From NCBI GenBank assembly GCA_002269645.1, contig NIVC01002267.1, positions 94,247 to 158,246 on the forward strand: a stretch of DNA of 64,000 bases, read 5' to 3'. Source of the stretch: Macrostomum lignano (Eukaryota). The notes under the pieces are model-generated. The model searched no databases and was not told the DNA's origin. It was given only the letters and a program-made list of their open reading frames with translations. Made by a program: the position numbers and the translations under genes. This document shows, piece by piece, positions 43,682 to 55,504 of this stretch; the stretch's first letter is position 1; every line of letters begins with the position of its first letter.

Positions 43682-44014
43682 TCACTTCTTAGCTCCGTGC
43701 TGATGCTGATGATGGATTTTCCCCACCGCATTGCCCACCCGGATCCCTCTCGGCCGACTGCCGTCGTTGGCGAAGTCGCTGGCGTCGGCGGCGCCACCGG
43801 CGGTATCACTGCCGCGACATTTTTTGCAGTAGCAGGAGACGGCGATGGCCACAATGAGCAGCAAGACGGCAGCCCCGATGATGAGGTAGTGCCACCATTC
43901 CAGCTTCACGGCCTGCTGCGCAGCGGCAGATTCTGGCTGTAGAAGCAGCAGCAGAAGCAGCGGTGGCCAGAAATTAGCGAAAGAAATCGCAAATTGCAGA
44001 CTGGCGGCTCGCAT
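43682..44014 (-). CDS. Small (about 110 aa) type I single-pass membrane protein of unknown function
   Basis: Signal-like [32 protein letters not shown], a tiny ectodomain [29 protein letters not shown], and juxtamembrane SCYCKKCR. Confidence 0.65.
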   Translation of the reverse strand: MRAASLQFAISFANFWPPLLLLLLLQPESAAAQQAVKLEWWHYLIIGAAVLLLIVAIAVSCYCKKCRGSDTAGGAADASDFANDGSRPRGIRVGNAVGKIHHQHQHGAKK

Positions 44015-44360
44015 TTTGGCTAGATTGGACTCAGCTTCGGGAATCTGATAATCTGATAGATGAGGAGAAATCTTTTGTCTTCTGCTTTCAGCTAAAGCGA
44101 TGGGGTTGGTAGGCGGTTGCACCTGGCCCTAACCGGATTTTGATTGGCTCCCCACGTCATCCATTTTTATTAATTCGGAGTCGAAAAACTCCCACAATAG
44201 AAGTTGAGGGGAAAGCATATCGATCGGGAAGTTGTGGGCCACGGCCTTCTCTTGTGTATTTAGCTGCTATAAAAGTGCATCAATCTGTACGATGATTGCT
44301 GAGAACATGCTGTGTAGCAGTTGCCTCAAAGAGTTTGCCTGTCCTGTAAGATCGATGCAT

Positions 44361-44727
44361 AGGGGGGGCCGTAGCCCAGCGCGGTAGCGCAGCTGCTCTG
44401 GTGTGCCAGCGACCCAGGCTAGGCTCGATTCCAAGTGCAGTCACATTAATTTGGGGCTGAATTGGAATATCGGCTTGGCTCTGCTCGTGCAATTAACGGT
44501 CTTGAGAGCCAACCCCCCAAGGCGCAGTGAAGTGTACATGCCTAACGATAAAATAAGTTAGGGCCGCTGTACACTCCTGTGTGAGTGTGTGCCTGCGTAC
44601 GTATCCGCGCGCTTGTGTGCCTGCTCAGGGGAGTCGGCGGAATGGGCAGTAATGCCTCTCGCCGGTTGTGTGACAATGTCGCTTAAAGTGCGCCAGGGTG
44701 CATACAGCCCCCTGCCTCCAATAAAAA
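44361..44727 (+). mobile_element. tRNA-derived SINE (family B), copy 1
   Basis: A box GTAGCCCAGCGCGGTAG, B box GGCTCGATTCC, AATAAAAAA tail and a 13-bp TSD AAGATCGATGCAT (44348-44360, 44728-44740); second copy at 50421. Confidence 0.9.
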
Positions 44728-44974
44728 AAGATCGATGCATGAATCTGGTTATTAAATTCTGTTGACAGTCAAGCCTCTGGCTAACCTGGGACTTTGTATG
44801 CATTATTGTTTGCATTAAATTATTCAAACTGGCATGGCTTCTTTGCTTTGGGAAAAAATCTTTTTTAGGGGGGTGGGGATTAGATTATTTCTGGTTGAAG
44901 TCATTTACGCTGTAGGGCTTCTTCGAATTAGAGGTATAGTGGGATAATACTAGCATAGATTTGAATACGGACAC

Positions 44975-45770
44975 ACACAGGGGAGATAAGGACAGAGATA
45001 GAGACACACAGGAGAGATAAGGACAGAAATAGAGACACACAGGAGAGATAAAAACAGAGATAGAGACACACATGAGAGATAAGGACAGAGATAGAGACAC
45101 ACAGGAGAGATAAAAACAGAGATAGAGACACACAGGAGAGATAAGGACAGAGATAGAGACACACAGGAGAGATAAAAACAGAGATAGAGGCACACATGAG
45201 AGATAAAAACAGAGATAGAGACACACATGAGAGATAAGGACAGAGATAGAGACACACAGGAGAGATAAAAACAGAGATAGAGGCACACATGAGAGATAAA
45301 AACAGAGATAGAGACACACAGGAGAGATAAGGACAGAGATAGAGACACACAGGAGAGATAAGGACAGAGATAGAGACACACAGGAGAGATAAAAACAGAG
45401 ATAGAGACACACAGGAGAGATAAGGACAGAGATAGAGACACACAGGAGAGATAAAAACAGAGATAGAGGCACACATGAGAGATAAGGACAGAGATAGAGG
45501 CACACAGGAGAGATAAGGACAGAGATAGAGACACACAGGAGAGATAAAAACAGAGATAGAGGCACACATGAGAGATAAGGACAGAGATAGAGACACACAG
45601 GAGAGATAAAAACAGAGATAGAGGCACACATGAGAGATAAGGACAGAGATAGAGGCACACAGGAGAGATAAAAACAGAGATAGAGGCACACATGAGAGAT
45701 AAGGACAGAGATAGAGGCACACAGGAGAGATAAGGACAGAGATAGAGGCACACATGAGAGATAAGGACAT
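44975..45770 (+). repeat. 31-bp minisatellite (GAGATAAGGACAGAGATAGAGACACACAGGA)
   Basis: Direct periodicity. Confidence 0.95.
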
Positions 45771-46309
45771 ATTTGTGAATATTTCTCATCACTAACTTCT
45801 GCACAAATTGCAAGCCAGATGCCAAGTCTGCATAAATGGGATTACAGATAATAAAAGTGAGCTGACTGCCATATCAGCTGACCCAATACCCGATCAATTA
45901 GCTGACAAAGCGAGTAATATTTTAGCGGGCACAATGGACTTACTAACTTAATTATAGGTTAGCTTGGGGGTACATTGATCTATTCTATAAATACTTGTGC
46001 CCACACAATTATGCCAAAATGATTTGCAACCAGATCTTATGCCCTCACTATGTCCTCGCAGAATGGTAATTCCTAGTACCGAGAATCAATGCCCCCCTCT
46101 CAAATCCCACCCAGGTTTGTTTGACTAGCCAAGGGCTATTCATTGCTCAGGGGAAATTGTGTGTTTGCTGGGTAGGCATCGGTTCTTCTGGCCAGAAAGA
46201 GGAAGATATTCCATATAGGGGAATTCTTGCGGCTCTGTTGCATACCGATAGTGCACTGAAGATTGAATTCTTGGACGGCTGACTTCGGGAGTCTAGAAGT
46301 GGGTGAAAC

Positions 46310-47140
46310 AATTAGTGAGACAGTGAGAGAATGAGTGAGACAGTGAGAGAATGAGTGAGACAGTGAGATATTGAGTGAGACAGAGGGAGAATGAGTGAGA
46401 CAGTGAGAGAATGAGTGAGACAGTGAGATATTGAGTGAGACAGTGAGAGAATGAGTGAGACAGTGAGATATTGAGTGAGACAATGAGAGAATGAGTAAGA
46501 CAGAGGGAGAATGAGTGAGACAGTGAGAGAATGAGTGAGACAGTGAGATATTGAGTGAGACAGTGAGAGAATGAGTGAGACAGTGAGATATTGAGTGAGA
46601 CAGTGAGAGAATGAGTGAGACAGTGAGATATTGAGTGAGACAATGAGAGAATGAGTAAGACAGAGGGAGAATGAGTGAGACAGTGAGAGAATGAGTGAGA
46701 CAGTGAGATATTGAGTGAGACAGTGAGAGAATGAGTGAGACAGTGAGATATTGAGTGAGACAGTGAGAGAATGAGTGAGACAGTGAGATATTGAGTGAGA
46801 CAATGAGAGAATGAGTAAGACAGAGGGAGAATGAGTGAGACAGTGAGAGAATGAGTGAGACAGTTAGATATTGAGTGAGACAGTGAGAGAATGAGTGAGA
46901 CAGTGAGATATTGAGTGAGACAGTGAGAGAATGAGTGAGACAGTGAGATATTGAGTGAGACAGTGAGAGAATGAGTGAGACAGTGAGATATTGAGTGAGA
47001 CAGTGAGAGAATGAGTGAGACAGTGAGATATTGAGTGAGACAGTGAGAGAATGAGTGAGACAGTGAGAGAATGAGTGAGACAGTGAGAGAATGAGTGAGA
47101 CAGTGAGATATTGAGTGAGACAGTGAGAGAATGAGTGAGA
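46310..47140 (+). repeat. 20-bp minisatellite (GAGTGAGACAGTGAGAGAAT / ...GATATT)
   Basis: Direct periodicity with two alternating variants. Confidence 0.95.
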
Positions 47141-47864
47141 CTACAAGATGAGGTAGTGCGTGTCAGTCACGAATGGTTAACATGTGGGCAAGAAGTAGAA
47201 TCCCATGTTACTTCAGTCGCAGGTGTCAAATATAAATTTTTTAATGCTAAAGCGAATTTTGTCGGTGAGAATTTTAGGAAATTTTATTCCAACCAAAATC
47301 GCGCTTCCATCTCTGGGAAAAAAGTATCAAATTCCCCAACTGAAAGCCTCATCAACGCCCAGTTTCCTGCGGCAGAGCTGTAACGGGAGGAAAAATGCAA
47401 AAATGGGTGAAAATGTTCTCATACATGATACAGGATACAGGAAGTGCCAGAAGCCCGGCTGTCTGCTTCTGCTGGATCTGCTTTCCATTGTTTGACACTG
47501 ACGGCCTTCCTTGGCTACGAGCGGTGTCAGTATTTGTACTTCTATATAATCTCACTCATACTCTTTAAACACAAGCCTATCAGATCCCACAAGAACAGTG
47601 TACTGCTGGGAGATTGTATCTATCCATGTCTATGTGAGTCAATCATTATTTCCGCCTGAATGAACTGCAGTCAGTCAATTCAATCTGAGCTCTCTGTGCT
47701 CAGCTCACAGGAACAGGCCTATGAAATATTCAATAACTGCAGCATTGACCAACTGGGGTTGTGATGAATTTAACCACACTTTATTGTTGTTAAGACCGGG
47801 ACATGCGGAGTTCATTAGCAACCTGTACCTGTCTGTTTCCTATATAGGCATAGGAGAGTGGAGT

Positions 47865-48345
47865 CACACTGTGAGACAGGCAGAGAGTCACACTGTGAGA
47901 CAGGCAGAGAGTCACACTGTGAGACAGCCATAGAGTCACACTGTGAGACAGGCAGAAAGTCACACGGTAAGACAAGCAGAGAGTTACACTGTGAGACAGG
48001 CAGAGAGTCACACTGTGAGACAGGCAGAGAGTCACACTGTGAGACAGGCAGAGAGTCACACTGTGAGACAGCCATAGAGTCACACTGTGAGACAGGCAGA
48101 GAGTCACACGGTAAGACAAGCAGAGAGTCACACTGTGACACAGCCAGAAAGTCACACTGTGAGACAGCCATAGAGTTACACTGCGAGACAGGCAGAGAGT
48201 CACACTGCGAGACAGGCAGAGAGTCACACTGCGAGACAGGCAGAGAGTCACACTGTGAGACAGCCAGAAAGTCACACTGTGAGACAGCCATAGAGTCACA
48301 CTGTGAGACAAGCAGAGAGTCACACTGTCAGACAGCCATAGAGTC
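47865..48345 (+). repeat. 24-bp minisatellite (GAGAGTCACACTGTGAGACAGGCA)
   Basis: Direct periodicity. Confidence 0.95.
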
Positions 48346-48351
48346 ACTGCC

Positions 48352-50121
48352 ATGTCAAGCCGAAGCGCACCCGCCTGCAGTGACTCATTCTTTGACCCAT
48401 TCTCAACGACTTGCGTCGATCGGTGTGTCGGCGACAGCTTCAACATTTCTGTTCTGACGGTAGATGACGGAGAGATTAAAAGCAGAATCTGCAACAAGCC
48501 GTCGTCGGCCGCTGATGGTGCAGCCTCGGAGACTGCATTGATTGTTGTGCTGCTTGTGGCAGTCGTGGGAGTTTCCCGTGAGTGTCATAATTCGCATTTT
48601 CATAATTCTCCAATCCTCCAATCCCCAGCAGTCTCTTCACTAATCCCCCACAGTCTCTTCCTTAATCCCCACAGTCTCTTCCCTAATCCCCCACAGTCTC
48701 TTCCCTAATCCCCCACAGTCTCTTCCCTAATCCCCCACAGTCTCTTCCCTAATCCCCCACAGTCTCTTCCCTAATCCCCACACTCTCTTCACTAATCCTC
48801 ACAGTCTCTTCCCTGATTCCCCACAGTCTCTTCCCTAATCCCCCACAGTCTCTTCCCTAATCCCCCACAGTCTCTTCCCTAATCCCCCACAGTCTCTTCC
48901 CTAATCCCCCACAGTCTCTTCCCTAATCCCCCACAGTCTCTTCCCTAATCCCCCACAGTCTCTTCCCTAATCCCCCACAGTCTCTTCCCTAATCCCCACA
49001 GTCTCTTCCCTAATCCCCACAGTCTCTTCCCTAATCCCCCACAGTCTCTTCCCTAATCCCCCACAGTCTCTTCCCTACTCCCCACACTCTCTTCACTAAT
49101 CCCCACAGTCTCTTCCCTAATCCCCCACAGTCTCTTCCCTAATCCCCCACAGTCTCTTCCCTACTCCCCACACTCTCTCACTAATCCCCCACACTCTCTT
49201 CCCTAATCCCCACGCTCTGTTCCCTAATCCCCACAGTCTCTTCCCTAATCAGCAAAGCTTCATCTCCTCTCTACCCGAACCAACGCAGTGGCAGCTGCAG
49301 CCGTTCTGCTGTACCGCCATCGACAGCATCGGAGGCGTCGGGAACATGGACCAGTGAGCGACACGCAGGACAGCGTCAAAGGCGACGCAGACTCAGAAAG
49401 GTACAAGTCTACAACTGCTAAAGTCTGCAACAAAAACATGGTCACCAGCAGCACCAGCAGCAGCAGCAGCAACAGCAAAAGCAACAATATACCGCTGCCT
49501 CCGCCCCTGCAACTGAGCACAGAAGCCGACTCCGATGACACAGCGGCAGTTACAGTGGCTGCCGCAAAGTCTGTCAGCCTGCAGAGCATTCTCGGTCAGT
49601 TGGACCTGCTCAGGCCGCACCTGACTGCCTTCAAGGCGATGCTCTGGGAGCTGGAGAAGTGCCTGGATTCCGGAGCGCTTGAGCAGCCGTCGGCGCTCAA
49701 CGACTGTCGAGAGGCTCGCGACCGGCTCAAACGATCGGTAATGATGCTGGAAGGTCAAGCGGATGAAGCGCTGCTAAGCGACCAGCTGCAAGCTTATAAA
49801 GCCTCCCAGCTGCTGTCATGGAGCGAGCGCTGCCTGAAGCGGCACCTGGTGTCAGGGAAGACGTACGCTCCGCAGAGTCACGTGACAGCCTCCGTGGCCA
49901 GAAAAAACCCAAACACCAGACAGCAGAAGCAGCAACGGAACAACCCGAAGCAGAGCCGGAAGAAAGTGCAGCCAGCCAGACGTGCTCAATCGCAGCAAGT
50001 CGCTCGCCAGCAGCAGCGGGAGGGCCTGAATCGCCTGCCAAGTTTTTTGCAGCCGACTTCGACGGTGAATATTCGAAGGGCCCAGTCGTTGAGAGACGTT
50101 GAGATGTGCACTCAACTGTGA
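48352..50121 (+). CDS. Single-pass membrane protein with a small Cys-rich ectodomain (exons 48352-48577, 49289-50121); 5' end uncertain
   Basis: Phase-1 junction C|GTGAGT..ACGCAG|TG joins a continuous TM segment ALIVVLLVAVVGVSLAAAAVLLY followed by RHRQHRRRR; the N-terminus contains CSDSFFDPFSTTCVDRC. Confidence 0.7.
48620..49250 (+). repeat. 22-bp minisatellite (CTAATCCCCCACAGTCTCTTCC) in an intron
   Basis: Direct periodicity. Confidence 0.95.
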
Positions 50122-50420
50122 CCTCTGTATCTAGTATCAACTGGTCACCTTTTAATTTAACTATCAGCTTCTTGTACGAAACAAATATTTGCACTTTTTG
50201 AGTGCGAAAAGTACACGTTTAACAATAAAGTGTTGGAACACACACAAGACGCGCAAAATTCGATAGTGAGAAAATTACAAAGAGTACAAAATACGTATAT
50301 ACCCCCATAGCCTTATATGTACTGGTAGGTATATATTTTACAAAAGTACATATATTACAAAAGTACATGTATTACAAAAGTGCATATCCAACATAAGTGC
50401 CCAACACAAAATATCCATAC

Positions 50421-50745
50421 AGGGGTAGCCGTAGCCCAGCGGTCTGGCGCGGCGCTCTGATGTGCCAGCGGCCCAGGCTCGATTCCAAGTGCAGTCTCAT
50501 TAATTTGGGGCTAAATTAGAATCTCGGCTTGGCTCTGCTCGTGCAATTAACGGCCTTGAGGGGCCAACCCCCAAGGCGCAGTGAAGTGTACATGCCTATG
50601 ACTGCGTATGACTGCGTACGTATCCGCGCGCTTGTGTGCCTGCTCAGGGGAGTCGGCAGAATGGGCAGTAATGCCTCTCGCCGGTTGTGTGACAATGTCG
50701 CTTAAAGTGCGCCAGGGTGCAAACAGACCCTGCCTCAAAAAATAA
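50421..50745 (+). mobile_element. tRNA-derived SINE (family B), copy 2
   Basis: Colinear with 44361-44727, with a shorter internal segment after GTACATGCCTA and an A-rich tail. Confidence 0.9.
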
Positions 50746-51121
50746 AACATGAACATACATCACGAAAGTACAAATAACTTTAAACTCAAAATGAATTTCC
50801 AACTAGTCAAAGTTTTAATAACGCTGCTTATAGTCTACTGTTTCTCGTTTTCGGTGACTGCGTACGAGCCGTACTTAAGTGCGTAGACAAAAATGAAAAT
50901 AAAGAGTAAACTATTAATATAGTATGAAAGTAGATGTGCCTGTTTAAGGGGATGCATACTGCTTGATTTAAGTGCAGCCATCTGCAACAGAAGCAGCAGT
51001 TCCTGGTGTTTGCCTGTAGGATCCTGGCCGCTAAGCCGCAATAGGCTGCAGTATTTACAGAAAAGCTGCCACTCAACAAATGAGTTCGTTTAATCTCAGT
51101 GTTTGACTAAGCAGCACCGCT

Positions 51122-52225
51122 AGGAGAGGAGAAAGGAGAGGAGAGGAGAGGAGAGGAGAGGAGAGGAGAGGAGAGGTGAGGAGAGGAGAGGAGAGGATAA
51201 GAGTGGAGTGGAGAGGTGAGGAGAGGATAGGAGTGGAGAGGAGAGGAGAGGAGAGGAGAGGTGAGGAGAGGAGAGGAGAGGATAAGAGTGGAGTGGAGAG
51301 GTGAGGAGAGGATAGGAGTGGAGAGGAGAGGAGAGGAGAGGAGAGGTGAGGAGAGGAGTGGAGAGGAGTGGAGAGGAGTGGAGAGGAGAGGAGAGGAGAG
51401 GAGAGGTGAGGAGAGGATAGGAGAGGAGAGGAGAGGTGAGGAGAGGAGAGGTGAGGAGAGGAGAGGAGAGGAGAGGAGAGGAGAGGAGAGGATAAGAGTG
51501 GAGTGGAGAGGTGAGGAGAGGATAGGAGTGGAGAGGAGAGGAGAGGAGAGGAGAGGTGAGGAGAGGAGTGGAGAGGAGTGGAGAGGAGAGGAGAGGAGAG
51601 GTGAGGAGAGGAGTGGAGAGGAGAGGAGTGGAGAGGAGAGGAGTGGAGAGGAGAGGAGTGGAGAGGAGAGGTGAGGAGAGGATAGGAGAGGAGAGGAGAG
51701 GTGAGGAGAGGAGAGGTGAGGAGAGGAGTGGAGAGGAGAGGAGTGGAGAGGAGAGGAGTGGAGAGGAGAGGAGTGGAGAGGAGTGGAGAGGAGTGGAGAG
51801 GAGAGGAGAGGAGAGGAGAGGTGAGGAGAGGATAGGAGAGGAGAGGAGAGGTGAGGAGAGGAGAGGTGAGGAGAGGAGTGGAGAGGAGAGGAGTGGAGAG
51901 GAGAGGAGTGGAGAGGAGAGGAGTGGAGAGGAGAGGAGTGGAGAGGAGAGGAGTGGAGAGGAGAGGAGAGGAGAGGTGAGGAGAGGAGAGGAGAGGAGTG
52001 GAGAGGAGAGGAGAGGAGAGGAGAGGTGAGGAGAGGAGTGGAGAGGAGAGGAGTGGAGAGGAGAGGAGTGGAGAGGAGAGGAGTGGAGAGGAGAGGAGTG
52101 GAGAGGAGAGGAGAGGTGAGGAGAGGAGAGGAGAGGAGAGGTGAGGAGAGGAGAGGAGAGGAGAGGAGAGGGGAGGAGTGGAGAGGTGAGGAGAGGATAG
52201 GAGAGGAGAGGAGAGGAGAGGAGAG
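51122..52225 (+). repeat. (GGAGA)n pentanucleotide microsatellite
   Basis: Direct. Confidence 0.97.
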
Positions 52226-52769
52226 GGCAGCGGTGAGAGAATCTGGAGCCTACCTTACATGTCAATAAGGTGTAACGCTGTTCTTCATTTCTATTCTTCG
52301 CTCGCAGAACCAGCTTTAAGGTGCGTGAGGCTTCTGAAGCGATTTGACAGGCCTGACAATATCAATAAGCGTCAATCGCAATGTTTTAGAGCGCATGCAC
52401 ATTTGCTGTGTAAAAAACTGTTTACCAGCTTCAAATTGTACATGCAGTTTGCTGCCTCTGAGTAATTAAATACAGCTTTTGTCATACAGGTTAAGTCAAC
52501 TAAGTTGACAATTCCCATTTATGGCAGCAAGTAGATAATTCTGACCTCTACGGGCATGGAAGTCGGTGTTTAATCATCAGATTTTAATGTGCTCAAAAAT
52601 GCAATTTTACAGTTTTTTAAACTGGAAGACAGGATAAAGAGATAGAATTACAAACTTGCTTGCTGTTTTTACTCTGGTCTTTGTCTATAGACAAGACCAA
52701 GACCAAACAATTGAATTAGATGTACGCTCTGATCTCTAGACTATAAGCTGACAGAAAGAATCTCGATAG

Positions 52770-53330
52770 CTCGGTTGCTGGGGTGGATACATGTAGCTTT
52801 GTTGCTAGGGTTACTAGCTCGGTTGCTATGACTATATAGCTCGGTTGCTGGGGTGGATAGCTTGGTTGCTAGGGTTACTAGCTCGGTTGCTAGGAGTAGA
52901 TAGCTCGGTTGCTGAGGTGGATAGCTTGGTTGCTAGGGTTACTAGCTCGGTTGCTAGGAGTAGATAGCTCGGTTGCTAGGGATAGATAGCTCGGTTGCTA
53001 GGGCTGGATAGCTCGGTTGCTGGGGTGGATAGCTTGGTTGCTAGGGTTACTAGCTCGGTTGCTAGGAGTAGATAGCTCGGTTGCTAGGAGTAGATGATAT
53101 CTCGGTTGCTAGTAGATAGCTCGGTTGCTAGTAGATAGCTCGGTTGCTAGGGATAGATAGTCCCGGTTGCTAGGGATAGATAGCTTGGTTGCTAGGGCTA
53201 GCACGGTTGCTAGGGATGGAAGCACCCTAACGAGCTAGCTTAGTTAGGGTGCTTGGTTGCTAAGGCTAGAGATAGCTGGGTTGATAGGGGAAGATGGCTC
53301 GGTTGCTAAGGATAGATAGCTTAGATCGCT
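52770..53330 (+). repeat. TAGCTCGGTTGCTAGGG minisatellite family (also at about 54755-54990 and 55880-56460)
   Basis: Shared GGTTGCTA core in three arrays. Confidence 0.9.
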
Positions 53331-53999
53331 GGGTTGGCTGCAACATGATAGATATCAATTAATTTGAGTTTAAGAATCTGTAAAAAAATTAATTGTGTAG
53401 AAAATGTTGAATACGTCAGTAGCTTAAAGTAAGCTTTTTCCCAAGAAACAGGGTGCCGTCTACATAAGTGGTCATTATATTGGTGCACATTTTTACAGCT
53501 AATAGAAGTGGCTGCTTTTAGTCAAGGCAGAAATAGCCTTTTTGTGATCTGACCATGGAACAGCATTTTGTTTTTAACTTTCTCGCCTTTCAGAATTCCC
53601 TTTGAAATGCTTTCTGCACAATCAGACTAGAAGTACAATCGATGAGAACAGGAGGCTTGGGGTTAAATATCTCAACAGAATGGCGAAGCAACTTGACAGT
53701 TCTCAACCCAGCCAATTTTATATTTGGGAACGTGCTAATTCACCTGCGTGCACCGCCAACTTTAATAATTCCAACACAAAAAGACTCCACAAGCCACAGC
53801 CAATTGCAAAGATTGGGCTTAGGCAATTATCTCGACCAGCCTAGCCAGGTAATTGCTGTTTTCTGAGTCAACAAAGCTTTATTGCGAAGCAGGTGCAGTG
53901 GCGGCTAGTCTGTCTGCCCTGGGTTGGCTATTCAATGAAGCTCGTATATATACCTCTAAAGACGTCGAATTAGCAGAGCTTATAATATCGCATTGAAAA

Positions 54000-54330
54000 A
54001 TCCCAAATCCCAAATCCCATCTGATCCTAGAGCTCAATATCCCAAATCCTATCTATCATAGGGATAAATAATCCCATATCACATCTGATCCTACAGCTCA
54101 ATAATCCCAAATCCCATCTGATCATAGGAATCAATAATCCAAAATCCCATATGATCATAGGGATTAATAATCCCAAATCCCATATGATCCTAGAGCTCAA
54201 TAATCCTAAATCCCATGATCCTAGAGCTCAATAATCCCAAATCACATGATCATAGGGATAGATAATCCCAAATTGCATCTGATCATAGGGATCAATAATC
54301 CCAAATCCCATCCGATCCTATAGCTCAAAA
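54000..54330 (+). repeat. About 33-bp minisatellite (ATAATCCCAAATCCCATCTGATCCTAGAGCTCA)
   Basis: Direct periodicity. Confidence 0.85.
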
Positions 54331-55504
54331 TCCAAAATTCAATTAAAGCTGAAAAATGGAAGCAAAAATGGAAGCTGAACTCTAGCCAAGTAGCCATTGT
54401 CAACAAGAACCAGAAACAGACGGTTTTACTGAACTAAAACAGACACACCAGCACAAAACTCTTTATTTTTTGCGATTGCCCTCTGCTAAATAACTCACTC
54501 CTGTAAGATAATCAGTAGAACTATTTTACACGACAAAGGAAAATTAGACAATGAACAGGACAAACAGCCAAGGTTATGGTTAGGGTTAAACAAGATTAAA
54601 GCTGTGTTCAAACAAAATAACAATTAAATGATACAGAAATAATGTATTAATACTCGTAACATCGAAAAATTATTAATTAAGGCTAAATATCAGACTTGAA
54701 GCAAGCAGATTTTATTAAGCCTATTTCGAATGAAGTATTAGTTTGTGAGATGGATAGCTCGCTTGCTACGACTAGCTTGGTTGCTAGGGCCAGCTTGGTT
54801 GCTAAGGGTTCCTTGGTTGCTAAGGATATCTTGGTTGCTGGGGCCAGCTTGGTTGCTAAGGTTAGCTCGGTTGTTAAGGCTAGCTTGGTTGCTAGGGCCA
54901 GATAGGTTGCTAAAGCTAGCTTGGTTGCTAGGGCTATCTTGGTTGCTAGGGCCAGCTTGGTTGCTATGGCAGATAGCTCAGTTGCTAAGGTGTCAGCATT
55001 AGCTTTGAATTTTTTATTGACAGAAAAATTATCCAATAGTTTCCATTACATGTAGATAGAGTTCCACTGTTACGCAAACACTAAATGTAGTTAATAATTA
55101 AAACAAAACTAAATTGCCTTTTGGCACTTTAAAGCAATAAAAAGTACTAATTAAAAGCACATATTTTGTACGGTACATTAATAATCTATATTTAATCAAG
55201 CGGGAATTAGGATTCAAGAAATACGCAAAACTCTCAAGATAATATTTAAACAAAAAATGCCAATATTAAAAGCAGACAATAACACTTTCCCAGTCCATTT
55301 TCCCATTTAAACATACTAATGAGAAAAAAACTACTAACAGTAGGCAAAATGAACAAGGCACCACAAATTCGACAATAGATGACATTATACAGTACATCAT
55401 ATATTTTTATTAATTAAAACAAAACACAACAATCTCTTATTGGTTATCATGTGTCTTTGGAATTCACATAGGAATGTCACAAACATACGAAGAAAAGTGA
55501 ATTT

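Noticed and set aside
50830-52400. Possible minus-strand spliced transcript (donor GTAAGG at about 52258, intron filled with (CTCTC)n)
   Set aside because: The putative exons have stops in all frames; a lncRNA cannot be supported from sequence alone.
53602-53866. Short ORFs, one with a GGLGL motif reminiscent of LINE RT C-termini
   Set aside because: No other RT motifs and too short to support a call.
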